Below are positions 29,841-40,100 of a stretch of DNA of 64,000 nucleotides, piece after piece. The notes beneath the pieces are model-generated. The model made no database searches, was not told where the DNA came from, and saw only the letters and a list, made by a program, of their open reading frames with translations. The stretch is from Candidatus Poribacteria bacterium (lineage in GTDB: Bacteria; Poribacteria; WGA-4E; WGA-3G), in NCBI GenBank assembly GCA_965197475.1, contig CBDANF010000003.1, positions 1,472,001 to 1,536,000 on the forward strand. Direction: 5' to 3'. A program made the position numbers and the translations under genes. Within the stretch, counting starts at the first letter, position 1, and each line of letters opens with the position of its first letter.

Positions 29841-31958
29841 TTAGTCCTGCAATTTAAAATCGCCCCACCTTGTAATGAGTTTACCACTTGCGGACACAAG
29901 CCCTCTCAACCGCACCGTGGCCAACTGCTCGCGAACCCCCGCATGCGACACATCCTCTATCCGATAATAGTAGACCGTATTCAATTTCGCTGTGGTATCA
30001 GTCCAGGTATATTCGTTGCGTTCACCTATGGTGCCAGCACCTTGAATGAGTTCGGCGTTGACAACTTTGAATTCACCATCCTTTGTTTCACTACGGTAGA
30101 TGTAAAAACCCGCGTTGTCCACCTCCGACTCCGTTGTCCATTTGAGGATAACACCAGTCGCTGAGTGTTCTGCTCGGAAATGGGATAGGGTGACGGGCAA
30201 CGCACCACCGCTTCCAACACCTGGTGCCCCGATGTCGTTAGGATGACCATAATAGGAGGTAGTCCTAGTAAGAAGTTTCGTATTTTTTGCGGAAATCCAT
30301 TCAGCTGCATCGGTTCCAAGGCGTGACACATCATCGTTATACCGACGAATCATTGAGGTGCGTATTCCATCTTTAGTCACACTTTTTGGAAGGACCCAGA
30401 CAAGTTTATCCTCAGCGTTTGCACTACTATTGATGTTTCCTACCTCATCAATTAGTTTATCTGATTGTGTCAGTTTGAGATGAAATCCTTTTTCACTTAG
30501 TATTTTACCCTTCAAACCGTGCAGTACATTTATGTCATAAACTTGTTCCTTTGAAATAGTGTTGGAGAATCGTCCTCGTTTCGAGATGATCAAGAGTGTA
30601 TCTTTAGGTTCAATTATTCTCTTTTTAAAGTTGATCGTTACATTCAACTTTCCATTAAAGTCTGCTGATTGCTGGTTTTGTATATCAAGTTTCCAACCTT
30701 CCAGATTTATCTCGTCTGTATTTGACAGATTGCAAAGTTCTATCCACTGTGGTAAACGACCGTCATTTGAAGCAACCATAATTTCACTGATGATGATTTC
30801 AGGTATTTGTGCTGCGGTGATAATCGACTTTAAATGTTTTGGATGGGGCATCAGTATTCCATTACGAGGTTCATCCCATTGAAAGAAATCCGGGTTGTCA
30901 GCCTTGTGGACAATTACATCATTAAACTGTTCAATGAGAGCTTGTGGTGCCCTGTTGTCAATCATATATTGGTACAAATCGGCACCGACAGGATAATCAA
31001 CACCGACTCTGTCATAGAACGCGATAAAGTTTGGGCTGAACCTACGAAAAGCCTCACACGAATAAAGATAATTGGCTTGAGCGACTTGGTTGCTTATCAT
31101 ATTGTTTCGTGAATATTCATACGCTTTTCGTATTAGGTCAATACGGCCTATGAGTACGTCCTCAAGATTTGGATTGGCCGCAAACAGGTTGTGATACTGA
31201 TGGTCAGGATTGATTTCATGAATTTTCTCAATAGTCCAATCATCCAACGTATACCCGCCGTTGGGCAAGTCTGAAGCGACATAATATCTTGCATACTTAG
31301 AAAAAATATGCAAGTCTTCAAAGCCTGCTTTGTTACAGGGTCCACCCATATCAATGACACCTAACAGTTTGCCCAACGACTCACTCCAGAAACTCAAAAA
31401 CGCATCTGCGTGATCCGGATTCAATTGTCCCGCAAATAACCTGCCACCAGGTCCTCCATGCCCACTATACGCTAAATGATGTTCAGAACTTGGGTGCTGA
31501 TTCACTAAATATAACACAATATCCATGAACGTTGATTTTAGGAAGAGACTTCTCTCAACGGTCCAAGCGTCCGGCATGTCTGTATATTTTCGTATCAGGA
31601 ATTGCTCTCGATAAGCACTCATTTGCTCACCAGTCTTCTTTTCGTCTGGGATTAATCCATAAGAACCGTCATAATCATTGGGGAGCTCATAAAGATGTAC
31701 AGAAGAAGTTTCCTCCCATATAGCGACTTCATAATATTTGAGAACTTCGCTTTCCTTTAGCAGAACAGCTTGGGTCCAGCCACCTGCAGACGCAAAGGGC
31801 ATCCAATCTGGGGTGACACGCACAACCCTTAGCATTACATTGGGAACAGATACCGGCGGCGGTGGCGAGGTGCCGCCCGGTGCTGATTCAGATTTAGTTG
31901 TCATTGCGCACAAAAAACTCAAAAGAATGAAATAAAATATACATCTTCGCAATTTCAT
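29841..31958 (-). CDS. Secreted clostripain/caspase-fold peptidase-like protein with a lamin-tail domain and GKLITRWG tail
   Basis: AYSGHGG (His-Gly) and DMGGPC (Cys) dyad pattern; IIISEIM...QWIEL.N lamin-tail motif; LPVTLSHF...WTTESEVDNAGF. Confidence 0.7.
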   Translation of the reverse strand: MKLRRCIFYFILLSFLCAMTTKSESAPGGTSPPPPVSVPNVMLRVVRVTPDWMPFASAGGWTQAVLLKESEVLKYYEVAIWEETSSVHLYELPNDYDGSYGLIPDEKKTGEQMSAYREQFLIRKYTDMPDAWTVERSLFLKSTFMDIVLYLVNQHPSSEHHLAYSGHGGPGGRLFAGQLNPDHADAFLSFWSESLGKLLGVIDMGGPCNKAGFEDLHIFSKYARYYVASDLPNGGYTLDDWTIEKIHEINPDHQYHNLFAANPNLEDVLIGRIDLIRKAYEYSRNNMISNQVAQANYLYSCEAFRRFSPNFIAFYDRVGVDYPVGADLYQYMIDNRAPQALIEQFNDVIVHKADNPDFFQWDEPRNGILMPHPKHLKSIITAAQIPEIIISEIMVASNDGRLPQWIELCNLSNTDEINLEGWKLDIQNQQSADFNGKLNVTINFKKRIIEPKDTLLIISKRGRFSNTISKEQVYDINVLHGLKGKILSEKGFHLKLTQSDKLIDEVGNINSSANAEDKLVWVLPKSVTKDGIRTSMIRRYNDDVSRLGTDAAEWISAKNTKLLTRTTSYYGHPNDIGAPGVGSGGALPVTLSHFRAEHSATGVILKWTTESEVDNAGFYIYRSETKDGEFKVVNAELIQGAGTIGERNEYTWTDTTAKLNTVYYYRIEDVSHAGVREQLATVRLRGLVSASGKLITRWGDFKLQD

Positions 31959-32045
31959 TAAGTTACCTCACTTTTTATGTTATTGCGTCTATAACTTCTG
32001 ATTATGTTTGAGATCACTCCATTTTGTTAGAAGTTTACCATGGGT

Positions 32046-32070
32046 GGAAGGGTGTTGTTTTCACCCTTCC
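32046..32070. terminator. Hairpin, probably the original 3' terminator of the 3475-aa gene
   Basis: GGAAGGGTG-7 nt-CACCCTTCC perfect 9-bp stem, 30 bp from the element edge. Confidence 0.45.
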
Positions 32071-32194
32071 GGTTGTATAGATACAATTTACTTATAGTTT
32101 GTATCAAATGACCCCATGAGTTATACTATTAGTATTCGTTAAACTAACGAGTAGATGTCCTCGGATCCCCGATAATCTATTCATGGAGGTCAAT

Positions 32195-32995
32195 ATGAAC
32201 CGCAAGAAGGATACCGCTTACGGTATCACTCGGCTCGAATCCAAGAATGCCAGAGCCGCGATTATTCAGAAGATTTCAGCAGACTTTAATCTAATGCCTC
32301 TCGTTGCTGAAGCCTACTATAAACAGATTTCCACCTACTTTGAACAACACGCCGATGTGCACCTGACATCAGGGCAAATCTGCTACGAGGCAGTCGCCGC
32401 AGAGGAACCCGCAGGTAAACATATCGCTTTAGCGAAAAAAGTTTCCTGTCGGCTAACTCTCAATGACACAAACGCCGATCTTGAAGTCTTAGCGAATTAT
32501 GGTCTCGCAGGACTCAGACGGCATCGGATCCTCCGATTGACCCAAGAAGCTTATGACCAAGATGCCTTACTGAGCTACGAGGATTTAGCTGTATTATTAA
32601 CCACCAGTCCTGCTACAGTCAAACGCGACATTCGACACTTGAAGCAGGATGGGTATTTCGTTATGACGCGCGGGACGAAACACGACATGGGCCCCGGCAC
32701 TTCTCATAAAACCCAGGTCCTGGAGTTATATTTCAAAGCCTATACCTTCACCGAAATCGAGAAAAAGACGAACCACAGCGAACGAGCTGTCTACCGCTAC
32801 TTGAAAGACTTTACACAAGTCGCTACGCTCCATCATCAAGGCTTTCCTAACGCACAGATACGCCTGATCACCCATCTATCTGACCGGTTGATCCGCGAGT
32901 ATCTCTCACTCTATGAGGAATACCAACACACAGATCGCATAACCCAACTCCTTCACCCAGAACCTGAGGACACAAAAAAGGGGGACCTCTCATGA
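32195..32995 (+). CDS. DUF1670-like protein A (multiple HTH-like segments)
   Basis: GGAGG RBS; EAYDQDALLSYEDLAVLL, TRGTKHDMGPGTSHK, HSERAVYRY; family recognised from memory. Confidence 0.75.
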   Translation: MNRKKDTAYGITRLESKNARAAIIQKISADFNLMPLVAEAYYKQISTYFEQHADVHLTSGQICYEAVAAEEPAGKHIALAKKVSCRLTLNDTNADLEVLANYGLAGLRRHRILRLTQEAYDQDALLSYEDLAVLLTTSPATVKRDIRHLKQDGYFVMTRGTKHDMGPGTSHKTQVLELYFKAYTFTEIEKKTNHSERAVYRYLKDFTQVATLHHQGFPNAQIRLITHLSDRLIREYLSLYEEYQHTDRITQLLHPEPEDTKKGDLS

Positions 32996-33876
32996 GCAAA
33001 CCTCTAACCCGCACGCAAATCAACGAGAAGAAATTCAGACGCATCAACGATAAGTCCCTACGACAGTTGCTCATTCACCGCTTTCTCAATGACTATGGTT
33101 ATGACAAAGGCGAAGTCACTGCCACCGCCATTGTTGATGATATTCTTAAGACCGTTGAAGACTATTTCGTGATTACCCTTCCTTTGGAGAAACTCGCCAC
33201 CGGCGATCAACTCCCGGATGAGCGTTTCTTGAGTTATGGACAACTCGTTTGGATGGCCGTCCCTATTGAAGAGCATCCAGAAAGAGGAAAGTCCATCGTC
33301 AAAACCCGCATGAAACCCGTCATCCTGACTTACCTCGCCGCAGAGGATATTGAATCCTTTCGCAACGGTTTCACCTCCCGGCAATTGCGGATCAATCGCT
33401 TGGTCCGCTGGTGTCATCAAGCTTATGACCAAGGGGCATTATTGACACAACTCGACTTGGCAGTTTTGCTCAATGTCTGCGATGCCGTTGTCTGTGATTA
33501 TGTTAATGAATGGCAAAAAACCACTGGAGAACTCTTGCCCACCCGTGGCAATATCCATGACTTATCGGGGGCTATTACCCATAAGAAAGAGATCATAACC
33601 CTCTATCTTCAAGGACATCTCACCCCCAGGATTGCCGCAAAGACCAAACACTCTAAGGAGGCAGTTGACCGATACATTCGCGATTATGAGAGCGTCAAAG
33701 TCGTTCGGAAAGCAACCGCAGATATTGATAAAATCTCACAGATTACACGACTTTCTAAACGCGTCATCTCTCAATATCTCGACCTCATACCGCAGCACCA
33801 ACTCCAAGCCATAGATGCAGACCTTGCCAATTCAGACTCAAACGATGAAGCCACTCACCAAGGAGAAGCCCAATGA
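32992..33876 (+). CDS. DUF1670-like protein B, paralog of A, translationally coupled
   Basis: ATGA overlap; QAYDQGALLTQLDLAVLL, PTRGNIHDLSGAITHK, HSKEAVDRY. Confidence 0.75.
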   Translation: MSKPLTRTQINEKKFRRINDKSLRQLLIHRFLNDYGYDKGEVTATAIVDDILKTVEDYFVITLPLEKLATGDQLPDERFLSYGQLVWMAVPIEEHPERGKSIVKTRMKPVILTYLAAEDIESFRNGFTSRQLRINRLVRWCHQAYDQGALLTQLDLAVLLNVCDAVVCDYVNEWQKTTGELLPTRGNIHDLSGAITHKKEIITLYLQGHLTPRIAAKTKHSKEAVDRYIRDYESVKVVRKATADIDKISQITRLSKRVISQYLDLIPQHQLQAIDADLANSDSNDEATHQGEAQ

Positions 33877-33943
33877 GACCCTAATCCTATGTTCCCGACG
33901 AACTTTACTTCGCAAAACCGGGGCAGGTGCCTTGAAAATATGG

Positions 33944-33972
33944 TTGACAACCGCTACTGGTTTTGCTATACT
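33944..33972 (+). promoter_or_regulatory. Consensus sigma70 promoter inside the element's right end
   Basis: TTGACA-17 bp-TATACT with extended -10 TG. Confidence 0.75.
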
Positions 33973-33978
33973 TTAGAC

Positions 33979-34104
33979 ACGTTTATCGCTAAACGCATCA
34001 TTTCTCAAAGAGGATGCTCGCGATCCCAACGCAACCCACTCATCAACGATCGCTGGGAAGCCAATAAACATCAGCCTTCCAGCTATCCTATGGTCATTTG
34101 ATAC
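33979..34104 (+). ncRNA. Candidate structured non-coding RNA
   Basis: Downstream of the promoter with no credible ORF; successive stems CGTTTA/TAAACG, GCATC/GATGC, GCGATC/GATCGC (22-nt loop), GCTGGGAAGC/GCCTTCCAGC. Confidence 0.4.
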
Positions 34105-37100
34105 TATTTTCGTATTAACATTTTGCGTGTAGCAGTGAAATCGCCAGCAGTGAACATATAGAAGTAGACACCACTTGCCACCTTTTCACCGATGTTGTTT
34201 CTGCCATCCCAATGCGCAGCACGGCTGCGAGCCTGATACAGGCCTGCACGCTGATGTCCTAAGTCTAATGTACGCACTACATGTCCCTTGATGTCGTATA
34301 TTGTCAACGTGACATCGGCAGGTTTTGACAACTGATACGGTATCCACGTCTCTGGGTTAAACGGGTTGGGGTAGTTTGCTGCAAGCGCGTTCTCTCGACT
34401 CGCAGTAACCGTTACTTGCGCGGTAAGTGCTGGTCCGTTGTATTCTGCGATAGCGTCTGCGCCAACGGTTATGGTCAACGTGCCATCTGTAGTGAGATTT
34501 CCGTCAAAGGTCAATTCAATGGTGATCTCCGTGTCGCTTTGTCGGTCTATGTCAAAGGTGCCTACGGTAACACCCGATATACCGGTAACAGATACGGCAT
34601 CACTAATGACAAAGATAGACCTTTCAAATTTCCTGCCGCTGAGTGTGAGTGTAATGACGCTCCCATCCAGTGCAGCCTCAGTCAAAGGTGCAGCAGTTGA
34701 GGCAGACACTGATTCTGAAACAGCAGCGACAGATATTTGTGTCGTGAGTGCTGGTCCGTTGTATCCTGCGATAGCGTCTGCGCCAACGGTTATGGTCAAC
34801 GTGCCATCTGTAGTGAGATTTCCGTCAAAGGTCAATTCAATGGTGATCTCCGTGTCGCTTTGTCGGTCTATGTCAAAGGTGCCTACGGTAACACCCGATA
34901 TACCGGTAACAGATACGGCATCACTAATGACAAAGATAGACCTTTCAAATTTCCTGCCGCTGAGCGTGAGTGTAATGACGCTCCCATCCAGTGCAGCCTC
35001 AGTCAAAGGTGCAGCAGTTGAGGCTGCCACCGATTCTGAAACGGCAGCGACAGATATTTGTGTCGTGAGTGCTGGTCCGTTGTATCCCGCGATAGCTTCC
35101 GCTTCAACGGTGATAGTAAGCGTTGCATTGGTATCAAAGTTAGTGCCGTCAAATTCAAGTTTTATAGTAGCTTCCGTATCGCTTTCTTTGTCAGGGTCGT
35201 GCCAAGGGATTGTTACGCCAGCAATACCAGAAACAGATACCGCATTTCTAATGTCAATAGAACTTGCGTATTTCCTACCACTCAGTGTGAGTGTGACGAC
35301 ACTTCCGTGTAGGGTCGCCTCTGTCAAAGGTTCAGTAGTTGAGGCAGACACAGACTCCGTGTTAGCAGTGACCGGTATTTGTGCTATGAGATTGTCTCCA
35401 TCATAATCTTTAATTGCCGCTGCTCCTACAGATACCGTGAGTGTGTCATCAACAGTTAGATTGCCTTCATATTCAAGTTCAATCGTAACTTGTGTATCAC
35501 CGACACGAGTCACACCAAAGGTGTCAACGGTTACCCCTGTTATTCCGGATAGTGTGATTGCATTTCTGATTGTAACACTGGAACGATCAAAAACACCATT
35601 AACAAGTTTTAGAGTAATGACACTTCCATGCAATGTTGCTTCTGTAAGTGAAGCACCTTTGGATACGGTTAAGGTAGGGGTTGCGCCAACAGATTGTGGT
35701 TCGCTTTCGTCCTCATCATCTTCAACCACTTCAACTTCTTCAAGCTCCTCACTCTCTTTGATCTCTTCTTTTGGCGTTACTTCTTTTATCTGCCACGTAT
35801 TACCATCTATTCGCTCAGCAACAAAATTATGCTTCACGCCATTGATCGTACCCTTACTTTGAATGATCGTATTCTTACCTTGAGCGATTTGAAATAAACC
35901 ACCACCTACATGTGATGCAGAACCGTTTTCACGAACTGTAAATGTGCTATTTGTGCCGGGGTCAATACAACTGTCGCCTGGTTCCAACAGGTCTCCCACC
36001 GCACAGTAGTTTTGATCAGAAACATCCGTTTCTGAAACATCTGTTATGTTGATGGTGATATCAATACTATCAGTACCTCCGTTCCCATCCGAAACAGAGA
36101 CCGTAACAGAATAAGATGACTTCGTTTCATAATCCAATGCTGCGTTTGTCTGCAGTTGCCCAGTGGAAGTATCAATGCTAAACGCAGCCGCGTCCGTGCC
36201 AGTAAGGCTATATGTAAGTGTATCCTCACTATCCGCATCGGTTGCAGCGACAGCAGTCCCTATATTTTCACCCGCAGCAGTGTTCTCGGCAATGGAGCGT
36301 GTGGTGCTGTCGCCATCACTAAATACAGGGGCATTGTTTAAGGTTGCATCATCAGGTTGTGTATTACTCCTGTTATCTGCAATCTCCTTGATTTCCCAAG
36401 AATTTCCATCAACCTTTGTAGCGACGAAGCGGTATTCCTTATTATCTACCGTTGCGGAGATACTCATTGAATCATCATTAGAAACTTGGTTTATCCAGCT
36501 GAGCAACCATGGTAAGTTCGGAATATTCCATTTCGACCTCCCATCTTCTGACACTGAGAAAACAGCCTCAGAATCGGGATAGGTGCAGCTTTGTCCTGGT
36601 GTAAGAATGTCTCCTACCTGACACACGTTAGTTGTTGTATCAGTTCCAACCGATTCTGTTTCCGCTACATCAGTGATATTGATGGTGATCTCTATCGTAT
36701 CAGTGCCGCCTCTGGCATCAGAGACAGTGATGATGACAGAAAAGGATGACTGAGTCTCATAATCCAAAGCAGCCATTGTTTGCAGTTGCCCCGTAGCAGT
36801 ATCAATACTAAACGCTGCAGCATCCGTGCCACTAAGGCTATATGTAAGTGTGTCTCCGCTATCGGCATCAGCTGCAGAAACTGGTGTGCCGATGTTTTGC
36901 CCCGATTCAGTGTTTTCGGCGACAGAACGTGTCGTGCTGCTACCATCCGTGAAAACTGGTGCTGTGTTTGTAACGACAGCATCGAATACTGCCAGAGGTA
37001 GTTCTGCAGATTTGACAAACGCATATCCACTGTGGTTATGAGGTAATTCCGGTAATGTGTCAATATCCACAAGCACAGCATCCGTTGTTCCAGTAGTTCG

Positions 37101-40100
37101 ACTTACTGTAAAGACTTCACTCTCTACACTACCTGCAGAAATCGTAATATTCGTTGTACCACCGCTGATGCTCCCATCGGTAACGCTGATCAGCAGCACA
37201 ATATCAAACGGCGCGCCCGTGGGTGCTACTGCCTTAAACTGTCCATCTGCTACCTTTTCCAGTGAAACGTTAATAGGAAATGGGTCAACTGTGTTACCAC
37301 CCAAGCTGACCAAACTCAGCCTATTTAAACCTTTAAAGATGCCATCCGGCAGCGCACTCAAATCGTTGTTAGCCAACGAGAGTTCACTTAGTGATGTAAG
37401 TCTGTCAAAGATGCCAGCAGGCAACGTGGTAAAAGCATTGTTACCCAAGTGGAGCGTCGTCAGTGCGGTGATATCATCAAAGATGCCAGCAGGCAACGTG
37501 GTCAACTCGTTGGCATACAAGTAGAGGCTGTCGAGTGCGGTGAGACCATCAAAGATGTCAGCCGGCAAAGTGGTAAAAGAGTTGGCATACAAGGCGAGGC
37601 TGTCGAGTGCGGTGAGACCATCAAAGATGTCAGCCGGCAAAGTGGTAAAAGAGTTGTTACTCAAGTAGAGCGTCGTCAGTGTGGTGAGACCATCAAAGAT
37701 GTCAGCCGGCAACGTCGTCAACTCGTTGTCCCTCAAGTAGAGGTTGTCAAGTGCGGTGAGACCATCAAAGATGTCAGCCGGCAAAGTGGTCAACTCGTTG
37801 TCCCATAATCTGATCGTTGTCAGCGCGGTGAGACCGTCAAAATCACCGGATTTTAGGGCTGTGATGCCTTTGTTACTTAAGTTGAGTACCGTAATAGCGG
37901 CGAGGTGTGCTTCAGTCACATCCGCTGCATTATTTACGCCCGGCACTGCCTCCACAATCGCATCGCGCACCTGCGGCGTGCGGTTCCCTAACAAAGAACG
38001 GATTTCTGGTAATGGGTAGCTTAATGGTAAATCCGCAGATTTAACGAGTGTATACCCAGCGTGGTTTGATGGGAGGTTCGGTAATGTCCCGATATTTACG
38101 GTGACAGCCCCGGTGGTGTCAGGGGTTCGCGTCACTGTAAGCACTTCACTTTCCACACTACCTACGGAGATTGTGATAGTGCTTGCACCGCCTACAATGC
38201 TACCATTCGTTACGCTAATCGGTAACACAATAGTGAACGTCGCACCAGCGGGTGCAACTGCTTTGAACTGCCCATCTGCAACTTTTTCCAAAGAGATATT
38301 TAACGGTAGCGGATCAACTCCGATTTCACTTAATTGGAGTCCATTTAGTGAGGTAAGTCCGTCAAAAATTCCTGCGGGTAACGCAGTTAAAGCATTTCCG
38401 GTAAGGCCAATCCCTTGCAGTGCGGTAAGTCCCTCAAATACACCCGCTGGCAGTGTTGTCAATTGGTTGTGAGATAGGTCAATCTCTTGCAGTATGGTAA
38501 GTCCCTCAAATACACCCGCTGGCAGTGTTGTCAATTGGTTGTGAGATAGGTTAATCCCTTGCAGTGCGGTAAGTCCCTCAAATACACCCACTGGTAACGA
38601 GGTTATATTGTTACCAGGCATGTGGATACTTATAAGTTCAATGAGTCTGTCAAATACACCCAGTGGTAATGTGTTCAATTGGTTGTTTTCTATTGCAAGT
38701 TTTGTCAGTGAAGTAAGTCCGTCAAATATTCCCGCTGGCAGTGTGGTCAATGGGTTGCCAGATAGCCCGAGTGTTTCAAGTGCGGTGAGTCCGTTAAAAA
38801 TATCCGCTGGTAAGGATATTAATTCGCAGTCGAATATAGTGAGAGTATTAAGCGAAGTGAGACCGTCGAAATCACCGTGCTTTAGTGTAGTGATGTTCTG
38901 ATCAGATATATCCAACTCTTCAATAACAGTAAGGTGTGACTTCGTCACTTCCGCAGCAGAATTTACGTCCGGTATTGCATCCACAATAGCATTGACTACC
39001 TGTGGGGTGCGATGGCTGATCGGTGTGAATACTTCACCACCAAACTCGTTGAACACTAGTGGCAGATCATCGGATTTGACAAGTGTATAGCCAGAATGTT
39101 TTTCTGCTAACTGCGGTAATGTCTCAATATCCGCAGTAACTGCAAACGTTGTGCCGGGAATGCGGCTGACAGAGAAGATTTCGCTTTCCACATCTCCTAC
39201 TGGAATTGTAATATTTTCAACACCGACATCAATAACTCCATAAGCGATCCTGAGTGTGAGTTCAAGATCAAAAGGTGCACCAGAAGGAACAACTGCTTTA
39301 AACTGACCGTCACCAGCATGTTCAAGGCCGACACTAAGCGGCAGCGGGTCAACAGGATTACCTTTCAGATTGATAGTGGTGTCTGGGATAACTAAGTCAT
39401 CTGGTATTATGGAATCCTGTGAAATCACCTCACCTGTGATCAAATAGATGTAAAATGCTTTTATGGTAAAGTCATCTCTGTCATCAAAAATTCCTTTGAA
39501 GATACCTGTTGTCAATGAACGGAACTGGTTGTTCGCCAAATTAACGGCATTCAATGATGGAAGATTCTCAAATAGTCCTGCTGGTAACATCCTCAACTGA
39601 TTGTTACTCATATCTAATATTACCAATTTCGTGAGATTGTCAAAAATACCATCCGGTATTGAATTTAATTCGTTAGAGGATAGATTGAGCACGTTCAGGT
39701 TGGTGAACGTGTCAAAAATAGTGATTGGTAACGAGTTCAAATTGGTATTGGATATAAACAGGGTTCTCAGATTCGTGAGATATTGGAAGATGTTATCTGG
39801 CAATGTTGTGAATTCGTTGTTGTCTAACCCGAGTGCATCAAGGTTGGGCATGCCATCAAAATCACCGGGTTTTAGTTCTGTAATGTTCTTATTGGTCAGA
39901 TCCAGCACGGTAATAGCTGCGAGATGTACCTCAGTTATATCTGTAGCAGTATTGACACCCGGTACTGCGGCTACGATCGCATCTTGCACCTGTTGCGTTC
40001 GGTCAGTTACAGGTGTGTCACCGCTAAAGTCTGGTACTTGTGTCCCAGATATATCGTCTGGTAGAGTCAATACGATTAGGTTCGTCAGGTGGTCAAAATC

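Larger units (their letters stand above)
32101..34104 (+). mobile_element. Putative novel mobile element: 13-bp TIRs enclosing two DUF1670-like genes and a structured non-coding right end
   Basis: GTATCAAATGACC (32101-32113) / GGTCATTTGATAC (34092-34104); genes lie on the opposite strand to both neighbours; right TIR overlaps the stop codon of the flanking gene. Confidence 0.8.

Noticed and set aside
33889-34101. 70-aa ORF at the right end of the DUF1670 element
   Set aside because: No clear RBS or recognisable motif; it overlaps a consensus promoter, hairpins and the TIR, so a non-coding role is more plausible
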